NCBI GenBank assembly: GCA_035314765.1
Contig: DATFZA010000814.1
Span: 1 to 52,813, forward strand
DNA from: Bryobacteraceae bacterium
GTDB lineage: Bacteria > Acidobacteriota > Terriglobia > Bryobacterales > Bryobacteraceae
DNA length: 52,813 bases
Reading direction: 5' to 3'
Shown here: piece after piece, positions 38,041 to 47,253 of the stretch
How the letters are laid out: each line of letters begins with the position of its first letter
Numbering within the stretch: position 1 is the first letter of the stretch
The notes under the pieces: generated by a model
The model's database searches: none
Seen by the model: only the letters and a program-made list of their open reading frames with translations
Told to the model about the DNA's origin: nothing
Made by a program: the position numbers and the translations under genes

Positions 38041-40565
38041 TCCCACACCGCCGGATTCACTTGGAACCGGTTGGAGGGGCGCCCGCCATAGGGCCCCGGT
38101 TCCCCGGACAGATCGCGGACCCACCCCGCATCCTGAAGGACCTCCGCCGCCAGTTTCACGGCTTCCGGAGTATCCAGGCCGCTCCACCCTTTCAGGTACA
38201 CCTCGCGGCAGGCGAAGGAACCGCTACCGCCTACCTTGCGCTTCCTGATCTTCTCCGCCAACTCACGGGCGGCCCGAAGTTGTGGAGTCACCACGCACGA
38301 ATAAACCCGCTGCGAGTGCGATTCCAGATACTCACAACACGCCGCGGCCTGCCTTGTGTGCTCCAGCGAAACGGTATCGGCGCTGCCATTGCCCGCCGCC
38401 CATTCCGCCAACTCGAACAGAACCGACAACGCCGGCATCAGCTTGCGGTACTTGCTCAAGTGCGAAACGAGAGCGGGATGCAGTTCATCGCCGCGCACCT
38501 TCGCCTCAAGCTCGGCCAACCATTCCACGAACAGTTCCTGCGCTTCCGGTGCATAGCGGTACCGCACAGGTTGTTCGGGGTCCAACTGCACCAGCTTGTT
38601 GAACACCAGCGCGGCCTGCTCTTCCGAGGACGCGTCTGGAGCCCGGTCTACGTATTGCCAGCCCGGCTCCGTATCCGGCCAGACCAGCAATTGAAACCGC
38701 TGGATCAAACCGTCGTTGCTCGGGCCATCTTCGAGCGCCTCTGCTAAATAGGAACGCAGGCGACCAGGTTGGATGCCGCCCAACATCGACATGCAGCACG
38801 CTTCCACGTGAATGGTGCCGCGGCCGATTCTATCTATGGTGTGACCGGTGTCGCCGTTCCAAGCTTGCAGACAGAATGCGCGTTCGCCTTCGCGGCCGGC
38901 ACGGTCCAGTTGACTCCACCATCCGGTCAGTTCATCCCGGATCACCAGAATGCCGGCCGGATTCTCGCTCATCGTCTGATGCATCGCTTCGAAGGTGGCG
39001 TCATTCACGATCAGGCGCCGAAGCGTGGGTTCTTCCGGTTCATCCTCTGGTCTGTCAGGCGCCGATCTTCCTTTCTTGGCATTTGCCTTGTACTGCTCCT
39101 TCCATGCCGCGCGGCGGAGTTCATATTCTTCTTTGCCGCGGGCGTATTCTTCACTTGCCTCCTCCTGCGCCTGCCGCCACTCGGTCTGAATCTGATGCAG
39201 CGGACGGGTAGCAGCCTGTATGACGGGCGACTTCATGAATCCCGGTGGCGCGATGATGCCACCCCAGAGATTGGGCACCACCACCCAACCCGTGTCATTC
39301 GCCTTCGGCTGGATGACAGCCCGGCGGTTTACCGCTCCCGCGAGGCAGAGCATGGTCACCGTGGCTGGATAGTCCATCGGGACTTGCATCCGCTCCGTCA
39401 CATCCCGCACCAGGGGACGGAACAGAACGGGCAGAAGGTCTTCGGAAAAGGCCTGCACGGGCGGAAGTTCGCTTTGGATCGGCTCCAGCTTCGGCCAATC
39501 GTCCGTGACTTCCACGCGCGCCGCCTGGCGTTTGGGTTCTTCGTTTGCGATGCTCCACCGTGACCGCAGTGCTGCAAGGGATGACGCGTCCAAAAGCGCC
39601 ACAGCATCGACGGCTTCACGGAGTTGATCGAGCGTGCCGCCGGAGTTGCGCCAATCGGTCACGTCACCCTTCTCTGATAAGCCGGGAAGTTCCACCATGC
39701 GGATCGAAGCGGCCGCGGACAACAACGCCGTGGCCACAGCCAGGGCGTGCTTCCTGCCGGGATCGTCGTTATCGGGAAGGATGACGACGTGGCGGTTCCG
39801 AAAATAGTCCGCCCACCCCGTATAGAGATGACTCTCGCCGGAGCCGCCCGGATTGCAGGAAGCCACCAACCCCCAGGACTCCAAGGTGTGAACGTCCTTC
39901 TCGCCCTCGGGGAGGTAGACCGTCTCCGCTCCGACTACCTTCGGGAGACGGTACGGCACCCGCGGAGAGTCGCGAAAGCGATATTCCGCCCCGTCGTAGT
40001 CAACCTGGTCGCTCGCTCTTTTCCAGGTGGGTTTGCCGGTTGCGCGCTCGGCCTTCGGGTCGGGAAGGTACTTGCCGTTCGACAGACCGACGACGATCCC
40101 GCCGGTGGGAACGCCCCCGATCCGCTCCGGGTCGGTCGTTCCGGCTGCTTCAACTCCGCTCGGACGGACTTGAATGAACGTCTTCTTCCCGTCCGGTTTC
40201 AGATAACGGACGACCTCCAAAAGCAGGTTGCCGTCCGGGTCTGTGTAAGGGTAGCGCTCAATCTCGCGCCACCCGCCGGTTGTGTGCCTGGGTTCGATCC
40301 TGCCCACGAGGCGGAAGACCTCGGCTTTCGCCGTTTTGAAATCCACGCCCGTGAGCGCCATTTCGAGGTCGATGATGTCGCCGCCGCAACCGCAAACCGA
40401 ATGACAATACCATCGGCCTGTCGCGGCTTCCACTTTGAAGTTCGCGTCCTTGCCGCCGTGCCTGGGACAGCCGCAACTCCACTGCGTGCCCTTCTGCTTC
40501 AGGTGGGGGACGCGTTCGTCGTAGAAACGGGACACTTCGCCGGATGTGAATGTGATGATGTTCAT
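38037..40565 (-). CDS. P4-alpha-like primase: zinc-finger + TOPRIM primase fused to DUF3987-type (helicase-like) C-terminal domain
   Basis: Start trimmed to ATG 40565 (MNIITFTSGEV). Cys/His zinc motif CGCPRHGG...WYCHSVCGCGGD. TOPRIM region VYLPEGEKDV...VILPDNDDPGRKHA. The C-terminal 450 aa resemble DUF3987 proteins of integrative elements. Confidence 0.8.
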   Translation of the reverse strand: MNIITFTSGEVSRFYDERVPHLKQKGTQWSCGCPRHGGKDANFKVEAATGRWYCHSVCGCGGDIIDLEMALTGVDFKTAKAEVFRLVGRIEPRHTTGGWREIERYPYTDPDGNLLLEVVRYLKPDGKKTFIQVRPSGVEAAGTTDPERIGGVPTGGIVVGLSNGKYLPDPKAERATGKPTWKRASDQVDYDGAEYRFRDSPRVPYRLPKVVGAETVYLPEGEKDVHTLESWGLVASCNPGGSGESHLYTGWADYFRNRHVVILPDNDDPGRKHALAVATALLSAAASIRMVELPGLSEKGDVTDWRNSGGTLDQLREAVDAVALLDASSLAALRSRWSIANEEPKRQAARVEVTDDWPKLEPIQSELPPVQAFSEDLLPVLFRPLVRDVTERMQVPMDYPATVTMLCLAGAVNRRAVIQPKANDTGWVVVPNLWGGIIAPPGFMKSPVIQAATRPLHQIQTEWRQAQEEASEEYARGKEEYELRRAAWKEQYKANAKKGRSAPDRPEDEPEEPTLRRLIVNDATFEAMHQTMSENPAGILVIRDELTGWWSQLDRAGREGERAFCLQAWNGDTGHTIDRIGRGTIHVEACCMSMLGGIQPGRLRSYLAEALEDGPSNDGLIQRFQLLVWPDTEPGWQYVDRAPDASSEEQAALVFNKLVQLDPEQPVRYRYAPEAQELFVEWLAELEAKVRGDELHPALVSHLSKYRKLMPALSVLFELAEWAAGNGSADTVSLEHTRQAAACCEYLESHSQRVYSCVVTPQLRAARELAEKIRKRKVGGSGSFACREVYLKGWSGLDTPEAVKLAAEVLQDAGWVRDLSGEPGPYGGRPSNRFQVNPAVWE

Positions 40566-40579
40566 GCGGCGCCTGCCCC

Positions 40580-40789
40580 TCAGGCCTGCTGCCCGCCGCC
40601 GGTGGGCCGCGTTTCCAGCCACGCGGAAACGTCTTCCGGCTTGTAGCGGACAGCGGCGCCGATCTTGATGTACTTCGGCCCCTGCCGCAGGAGCCGCCAC
40701 CGCCGGACGGAGGCCACCGAGAGGCCCGTGATTCGGGCCACATCGTGCTCGTTCAGCAGCCTTTCGAGAACACTATTCAACGTTGCCAT
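40580..40789 (-). CDS. AlpA/excisionase-family helix-turn-helix protein
   Basis: Start trimmed to ATG 40789. 69 aa. LLNEHDVARITGLSVASVRRWRLLRQGPKYIKIGAAVRYKPEDVSAWLE is the typical AlpA/MerR-like HTH. Confidence 0.8.
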   Translation of the reverse strand: MATLNSVLERLLNEHDVARITGLSVASVRRWRLLRQGPKYIKIGAAVRYKPEDVSAWLETRPTGGGQQA

Positions 40790-40983
40790 TTCGCTCCTTT
40801 TGTGATCTCCAAAACTGTTGTGCTTGAGCCCGGCGCGATGCCGGGACAAATGGATTGCACGATCACGCAAGGCGTTTGCGAAGGCATTTCCGGGTGTCCG
40901 CTCGGCTTCGAAGGCGTCATCGAAGACTGTCCGTACTTTGGGCTTCCCGGCCGGCGTGATCTATTCGGTTTTCAATGATCGTG

Positions 40984-41004
40984 ATGGGCGTCGCGATCGC
41001 CCAT
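40984..41004. promoter_or_regulatory. candidate operator: inverted repeat ATGGGCG-N7-CGCCCAT upstream of the alpA-primase operon
   Basis: Perfect 7-bp arms in the 319-bp intergenic region. Function not demonstrated. Confidence 0.25.
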
Positions 41005-41108
41005 ACGCAATCATCGGGACCGAGAATTGTTTTGAAAACTTTCTCCGGGAAAATGCAGCAATACGGCGCTTCCGTGAGCAACCGCTGTGGTGCGAAAATT
41101 CGCGGAAA

Positions 41109-42131
41109 TTAGGAGAGAGTTTCGGGGGTGTCTTTCTTTCTCGAACGCGCCTGGCCAAGCCTATAACCGATAGCCTTGACGATTAGGTCACGGTCATCGC
41201 AGAGGCTCCACTGGGTGCATTTTCTGTTGCGCCGCCAAGTCCTCGGAACCGGGATGTGTTCTTCGTCCAGGGCTTCGCAGATGTCATCCAGGTTCGAGCG
41301 CCAGTCGCCGTCGGCCGCGATCCGCGCGACCACGTCAGCTACGCGAACGGCGGTGTCGTGATCGGGTTTCGGTCCGCGCTTCCGCGGCGCGGTCGGTGCG
41401 GCGACACCGCTACCCGCAACGGGATCGGCGGTCTCTGGAAGCGCTGGCAGGCCTTCGCTGGCTGGCGGCGCAACGGTATCGGCCATCTGGCGATACGCCT
41501 GCCCTTCCCAGAATTTTCGGGACACGGAGAGATGCAGACAAAGGCGGTGGTGGAATACTCGTCGGGTAGTGAATAGTCGAAGGTGAAAGAGGTACTTCAA
41601 CCAGAACAGCGCCCTGAAGTTCCTTACGGCGGCATCCCTGTCCGGCGTCATTGTCGTGATTTTGCCTTTAAGGAACCGCCGGCTGAAGCTGTGGTCCAGG
41701 TAGTTCTCCCAGTCTCCTGAGATTTGCCCAAATTCCCCGAGCGCGCTCTTCCGGCCCGACTCTGCGGCGCGTGCCTTCACGATGCGATAAAGGTCTTTCC
41801 AATCCGTTGCCCGAGAATCATCGGGAATCACCGTCTGGGCCGGGCAGATTCTGTCGGCAATCGCCATCCGCAGCATGGCCACGTGCGCGGTGTACGCTCC
41901 CGGATCCGTGAAACAAGCCAGCCACTCCCTGGATTCGGCCTCGAACAACTTCTCGGCGTACCGCTCGAAAAACGGCATCAACTCGGATGGATCGTGTTCC
42001 CTGAGCGCCTTCGTGCTCATGCCAATACCGCACCAAAACGCGTCGAGGCCGTTCAGGAGGTCGGCTCCGGCTTCCAGTTTTACCGCCTTGATTCGCCGGA
42101 GGGCCGGTTCTGAAAGAGAAGGCTTGTCCAT
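41109..42131 (-). CDS. hypothetical protein
   Basis: Start trimmed to ATG 42131 (MDKPSLSEPAL); 340 aa. The C-terminal segment RKRGPKPDHDTAVRVADVVARIA...IVKAIGYRL is basic and possibly DNA-binding. Confidence 0.55.
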   Translation of the reverse strand: MDKPSLSEPALRRIKAVKLEAGADLLNGLDAFWCGIGMSTKALREHDPSELMPFFERYAEKLFEAESREWLACFTDPGAYTAHVAMLRMAIADRICPAQTVIPDDSRATDWKDLYRIVKARAAESGRKSALGEFGQISGDWENYLDHSFSRRFLKGKITTMTPDRDAAVRNFRALFWLKYLFHLRLFTTRRVFHHRLCLHLSVSRKFWEGQAYRQMADTVAPPASEGLPALPETADPVAGSGVAAPTAPRKRGPKPDHDTAVRVADVVARIAADGDWRSNLDDICEALDEEHIPVPRTWRRNRKCTQWSLCDDRDLIVKAIGYRLGQARSRKKDTPETLS

Positions 42132-42391
42132 CGCTCCCTTTGCGATTCCCTGAAATTGAAATAGCCGCCACTGGGTAGGGTTTCCCAGCCTTCGCGCCGG
42201 CACATGGTGCCGGGAACGGGCGGCCAACCCCAACCATAACACGGTGGTTCCTGCGGCCAGCCGCGGGACGGATTCGGCCGTCTGGCGGAAGAAACTATGG
42301 CGGCAGCGCGCGCTGTGCGTTCCAGATAGCGACGGCTGCCGATCCGGCCCGTACCGAGTGTCGAATTATACCGATTCCCCGGCAGTTGGAG

Positions 42392-42411
42392 CCTACAAAA
42401 CCTACAAAACC
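42392..42411 (+). repeat. 9-bp repeat pair, copy e (CCTACAAAACCTACAAAACC)
   Basis: Same units as copies a-d and inverted relative to copies a and b. The flanking GCATGCCCCG resembles the GCATCCCCG of copy a. Confidence 0.75.
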
Positions 42412-42539
42412 TCGCATGCCCCGTGCGTGCAGCCGCGTTCAGATGTGGGGCTAACCGCCCACGATGGAGGCCCCAACTTCTGCATGCGCAGGCTACGAGC
42501 GCTGGTACGGCCGCCGCGCCTGCGGATGATCCGGCAGGG

Positions 42540-42631
42540 CATCGGCTCGTTTGAAGGATCGTGAGACTCGGGCCGTCCGTGCGGCGGATCAGTTCGAGGG
42601 AGATGGCCTTCTTGCTGCCATCGCGCGCCAT
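42540..42631 (-). pseudogene. DUF3489-like fragment
   Basis: MARDGSKKAISLELIRRTDGPSLTIL aligns with TREGSKKAIVLELIRRADGASLKEI of the 47254-47871 protein. The rest of that ORF has no similarity. Confidence 0.45.
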
Positions 42632-42666
42632 GGGCGCGACAGATGTCCGGCGGAATTCTGCCTTTG

Positions 42667-42695
42667 TTGAGCTAGCGTCAATAAAGTTGTAGTAT
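42667..42695 (+). promoter_or_regulatory. candidate sigma-70 promoter of abiEi (TTGAGC-17 nt-TAGTAT)
   Basis: The -10 box ends 6 nt before ATG 42702, implying a near-leaderless mRNA. Sequence match only. Confidence 0.3.
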
Positions 42696-42701
42696 TGTGT
42701 T

Positions 42702-43313
42702 ATGGCACAGTCTCACCGTGAAGCGGCGCGGCGGCTCTTCGAGTTTGCTGAGCAGCAGCAAGGTTACTTCACCACGAAGCAGGCCAAGGCTGCCGGATTC
42801 GCCGAAAACACCCATCCCTACCACGTCCAGGTCGGAAACTGGGTCCGTGAGCACCGCGGTATCTACCGGCTCGCCCTGTTTCCCACAACTGATAGGCCCG
42901 AACTCGTACTTTGGGCGCTGTGGTCCCGGAACCGGAATGAGGAAATCGAGGGCGTATACAGCCACCACACGGCGCTCAGTCTTTACGACCTGTCAGATCT
43001 GAATCCATCGAAGCTCCACATGACCGTTCCGACGGACTTCCGGCGCAACAGCGAGATTCCTGGAATCCTCGTACTTCATTTTGCCGACCTGCCCGCGAGT
43101 GACGTACAGACAGCACAAGGCTACAAGCTTACTCGCCCTCTGCGAGCGGTCCTCGACTTGATCGAGGCCGGCACCGTCGAGCGGAACTTCATTCGCCAGG
43201 CACTCAGGCAGGCTGTTGACCGTGGTCTGATCACTCGTCAACAGATTCGGAACACGCAAATGAGCGGATCTGCGCGCAAGATCGTGGAGGAAACGCTGCG
43301 GCGAGTTGCGTAA
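42702..43313 (+). CDS. abiEi: type IV toxin-antitoxin / abortive-infection antitoxin AbiEi family
   Basis: 203 aa. N-terminal winged-helix-like LFEFAEQQQGYFTTKQAKAAG...GIYRL. Overlaps the downstream nucleotidyltransferase gene by 1 nt. Confidence 0.75.
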   Translation: MAQSHREAARRLFEFAEQQQGYFTTKQAKAAGFAENTHPYHVQVGNWVREHRGIYRLALFPTTDRPELVLWALWSRNRNEEIEGVYSHHTALSLYDLSDLNPSKLHMTVPTDFRRNSEIPGILVLHFADLPASDVQTAQGYKLTRPLRAVLDLIEAGTVERNFIRQALRQAVDRGLITRQQIRNTQMSGSARKIVEETLRRVA

Positions 43314-44191
43314 TGCCGTCACCCAGGACATATGCGACGGCGGGAGCATTCCGAAGGGCTTTGGAAGAACGCCTGAAGAGGGCATCTCTGACCGATCAGA
43401 TCGACCCTAACCGCCTCCGCCGACAGGTATCATTCGACCGTCTGCTTGCAAGGCTGTTCCGGGAAGAATCAGCGCCCTGGGTTTTGAAGGGCGGGTACGC
43501 GTTGGAGCTACGCTTCAAGGCGGCTCGATCAACGGTAGACATCGACTTGACGGTGCAGCGGGTCGCAGCATCCGCCAGCGGCGACCAGAACCAGATCGTT
43601 CGGGAGATGCTCCAGAGCGCGGCCGATATCTCTCTCGGTGACTGGTTCGAGTTCGTGGTCGGGCCGGCGTCAATGGATTTGACCGCGGCGCCGTACGGCG
43701 GCGCCCGCTATCCGGTCGAAGCTCGAATGGACGAACGAACGTTCGCCCGATTCCACCTGGACGCGGGCGTTGGTGACGTAGTTATGCGACCGCTGGAAAC
43801 AATCGTGTGCCGGGACTGGTTGGGATTCGCCGGCATCGAATCGTCGCGTGTCCTGATGATCGCTCGCGAACAGCAGTTCGCCGAGAAGATTCACGCATAC
43901 ACGCTCCCGCGGAACGCGGCGAACAGCAGGGTGAAGGACTTGGTGGACCTGGCTCTTCTGATCGGATCAGGTGGGCTGGATAAGCACCGGATTATGGAAG
44001 CTTTGCGTCTGACCTTTGAGAGAAGAGGAACACACGATTTGCCGGCGAACTTGGTTCCACCGCCAGCAGATTGGCAGGTCCCGTTTCACGCATTGGCGGA
44101 GGAATGCGGGCTCTCGACAGATGTCGCTGGGGTGTTTGCGGGTGTTCAGAAGTTCGTCGAAGAAGTGCTGGCACAACGCACAGAGCGGTGA
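43313..44191 (+). CDS. abiEii: nucleotidyltransferase toxin AbiEii/AbiGii (DUF1814) family
   Basis: 292 aa. VLKGGYALELRF...RSTVDIDL is the NTase G-x-...-D-x-D region typical of AbiEii. Confidence 0.75.
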   Translation: MPSPRTYATAGAFRRALEERLKRASLTDQIDPNRLRRQVSFDRLLARLFREESAPWVLKGGYALELRFKAARSTVDIDLTVQRVAASASGDQNQIVREMLQSAADISLGDWFEFVVGPASMDLTAAPYGGARYPVEARMDERTFARFHLDAGVGDVVMRPLETIVCRDWLGFAGIESSRVLMIAREQQFAEKIHAYTLPRNAANSRVKDLVDLALLIGSGGLDKHRIMEALRLTFERRGTHDLPANLVPPPADWQVPFHALAEECGLSTDVAGVFAGVQKFVEEVLAQRTER

Positions 44192-44198
44192 ACGCGGT

Positions 44199-46661
44199 AT
44201 GACCGAGAACGGTTCAGACTCTCTTCCATTCGAACCTCCTGACCAGGAAAATGTTCGCCTCCGCGAGGAGAATGCCCGCCTGCGGCGGCTTCTGGCAGTT
44301 CACAGCATTCCTATACCGCAACTTCCGGCAGAGAACCCACCTACAACCAAAACCGTCGAGCCGGCGCCGCCGGTGGACAAGGAGGAGCGCGCCAGACAGA
44401 GGATCGCGCTGTTTCGAAGCCTGTTTCGCGGAAGAGAAGATGTCTACTCTCGGCGATGGGAGAATGCTGATGGCCGGCACGGATATATGCCGGTGGTCGT
44501 AAAGGACTGGAAGGCCATCAACAAAAGCCGCCCGGAGGATCGAAAGAAAGTCGACCAGAAGACCCGGAGGTTCCTTCCGCTGACCGACGCCGCCATCGAG
44601 GACCACCTCTTGGGCAAGGAAACCATCGGCGTATACGCTCTCCTGCCGGACGAAACCTGCTGGTTTCTGGCGGCAGACTTCGACAAGAAGACGTGGGAGT
44701 ATGACTCCCTGGCTTTCCTGGAAACGTGCCGGGAGTTGAACGTGCCCGCGGCCTTGGAACGTTCTCGTTCGGGAAAAGGCGGCCACATTTGGATCTTCTT
44801 TGAGCGTGCGTTGCCGGCGATCACCGCGCGCAAACTCGGATGCGTGCTGCTTACGCGAACTATGGAGCGCAGGCATCAGGTCGGTCTTGATTCCTACGAT
44901 CGATTTTTCCCCAACCAGGACACGATGCCCAAGGGAGGGTTCGGGAACCTGATTGCACTGCCGTTACAGCGGGCGCCCCGCAAGCAGGACAACAGCGTAT
45001 TCATTGACCACGACTTCCACCCGTACCCGGACCAGTGGCAGTTCCTTTCGACGATCCGACGAATGCCGGTCGACGCCGCGGAGGAGATCGTCGCCGAAGC
45101 TCAGCGCAAAGGCGACCTGATTGGCGTCCGGATGAGTATCGCCGATGATGAGGATGCACAAGACCCGTGGACGCTACCGCCATCCCGCAAGCGAAAGGAG
45201 CGGCCGATCGAAGGACCGCTGCCAAAGACCGTCCAGATCGTTCGCGCGAATCTTGTTTACGTGGAAAGTAAGGATCTGCCGCCAGCTATGCTGAATCGGC
45301 TTCTGCGGCTGGCAGCCTTTCAGAATCCGGAGTTCTACAAGGCTCAGGCCATGCGGCTTTCGACGTACGACAAGCCGCGCGTGATCGCATGCGGCACGGA
45401 ATTTGTCCAGCATATCGCGGTGCCTCGAGGATGTCTGACGGAGACCCTGGCTCTTCTCGAAGCCCACAAGATCCGGCCCGAAGTTCGGGACGAACGGTAT
45501 GCCGGCACGGCGATTGAAGCGGTGTTCCAGGGTCAGCTTCGGCCGTTCCAGGAGGAAGCCGTCGCGAAGATCACCGCCCACGACGAAGGCATCCTCTGCG
45601 CTCCCACGGCATTCGGAAAAACTGCCGTAGCGGCATGGCTGATCGCCAAACGCAAGGTCAACACCCTGGTTGTGGTTCACCGGCAGCAGTTGCTCGATCA
45701 ATGGCAGGAGCGCCTTGCGATGTTCTTGGATTTACCTGCCAAATCGATCGGGCATATCGGCGGTGGAAAAATGGACCGGACGGGCTGCGTAGATGTCGCC
45801 GTCATCCAAAGTCTGTACCGAAAAGACGAGGTGAAGGACTTCGTAGCTGAGTACGGTTAGGTGATCGTCGACGAATGCCACCACATATCCGCTTTCACCT
45901 TCGAACAAGTGATGCGGCAGGTGAAGGCCAAATATGTTGTCGGTTTGACCGCCACGCCGACCCGGAAAGACGGACACCATCCGATCATTTACATGCAGTG
46001 TGGCCCCGTGCGGTTCAGCATGAGCGCCAAGACGATGACCGAAACGACTCCCTTCGAGCATAAGGTCACTCCCCGCCATACGGAGTTTCGGATGGCGCCG
46101 GAACTCACCGAAGTCACGATTACGGATATCTACGCCGCGCTCGTGACTGATGTCCCGCGTAACGAGATGATCGCCAATGACATCGTGCGCGCCATAGAAT
46201 CTGGACGGTGCCCACTGCTTCTGACTGGCCGGACTGAGCATCTGCAGTATTTCGCAGCCAAGCTTGCAGGTGTTGCCAAGCACGTCTTCGTCTTGAAGGG
46301 CGGCATGGGAAAAAAGCAGCGTCGGGAAATATCGGCAGCCTTGGCGGCAGTGCCGGAAACCGAATCGCGAGTGATTCTGGCGACGGGAAGCTACATCGGA
46401 GAAGGGTTTGACGACGCGCGTCTCGACACGCTATTTCTGGCCATGCCGATCTCCTGGAAGGGCACACTGCAACAGTATGTAGGCCGGTTGCATCGTCTCC
46501 ACGACAACAAACGATTCGTGCAGGTCTACGATTATGTGGACAACTACGTCCTAATGCTGGCCAGGATGTACGAGCGCAGGCTGAAGGGCTATGCCGCGAT
46601 TGGTTACGTGATCGAGCAGGAAACCTCTCCACCTCACCCCCCGGCGACGGCACGCCCGTAG
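44199..46661 (+). pseudogene. AEP (PrimPol-type primase-polymerase) - SF2 helicase fusion, interrupted by in-frame TAG at 45858-45860
   Basis: AEP motifs: LAADFDKK (DxD), SRSGKGGHIWIFF (sGxGxH), SYDRFFPNQ. Helicase motifs: I APTAFGKT; then TAG; II VIVDECHH; III GLTATPTR; VI QQYVGRLHR. The two ORFs (44199-45860 and 45861-46661) are one continuous frame. Confidence 0.8.
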
Positions 46662-46868
46662 AATAGACGGTTTCAGAACGTAACACCATGGCGTCGGTCT
46701 CGGCCCGACTGAGCTTTTCACAGGAGGCGCGGCAGGCCGTTGAAAAAGTCCGGTCTGCCGGCCTCACTCGGCGCGTGGGCTGCGGGCGCGAGAACGTGAG
46801 CGGTCGTTATTCCAGCCGGAAGCCCCATTGCCCCGCCTGGTTGCGGGCTACCAGAAGAGGATGGCGAA

Positions 46869-47198
46869 ATGAAGAACACTCGTACAAGCAAGCAGCGGAA
46901 GCCGAGCGCCGGCAGCCGGATCATTGCCAGCCTGCGGGAAGCGGTGGACTGGGTGGAAGGAAAGGACGTGCCGGTCCGCGTCACCACGGTGGAGGTCCCT
47001 ACGATCGACGTTCGCGCCACCCGGAAACGGCTGGGGTTGAGTCAGGCGGCGTTTGCTGCGAAGTTCGGCTTCCAGCCAGCAACCCTGAGGAATTGGGAGC
47101 AGGGCCGAACGCGACCAGACGGTCCGGCGCGAGTGCTGCTCGCCGTCATCGCGCGCCATCCCGAAGCCGTTGAGGATGCCCTCCGCAGAGCGAGTTGA
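46869..47198 (+). CDS. XRE-family HTH protein (antitoxin-like), no intact partner
   Basis: 109 aa. RKRLGLSQAAFAAKFGFQPATLRNWEQGRTRPDGPARVLL is the typical HTH of HigA/NadS-type antitoxins. Confidence 0.7.
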   Translation: MKNTRTSKQRKPSAGSRIIASLREAVDWVEGKDVPVRVTTVEVPTIDVRATRKRLGLSQAAFAAKFGFQPATLRNWEQGRTRPDGPARVLLAVIARHPEAVEDALRRAS

Positions 47199-47253
47199 AT
47201 GAAAGAAGCCGCCAAGCCCAGGGGCCGGCGGCGTGGAGAGTGCCTGAGGGGTT

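Noticed and set aside
30533-45860. Two in-frame TAG codons (30533, 45858) as programmed recoding (pyrrolysine or suppression).
   Set aside because: No pyl genes or PYLIS-like context are present. Both occur in a region that also has several frameshifts, so nonsense mutation or sequencing error is the simpler explanation.
46741-46872. Possible RelE/HigB-like toxin remnant upstream of the XRE HTH gene. The frame ends in ..LVAGYQKRMAK* and overlaps the ATG.
   Set aside because: No start codon, only about 40 codons, and no toxin motif I can recognise.
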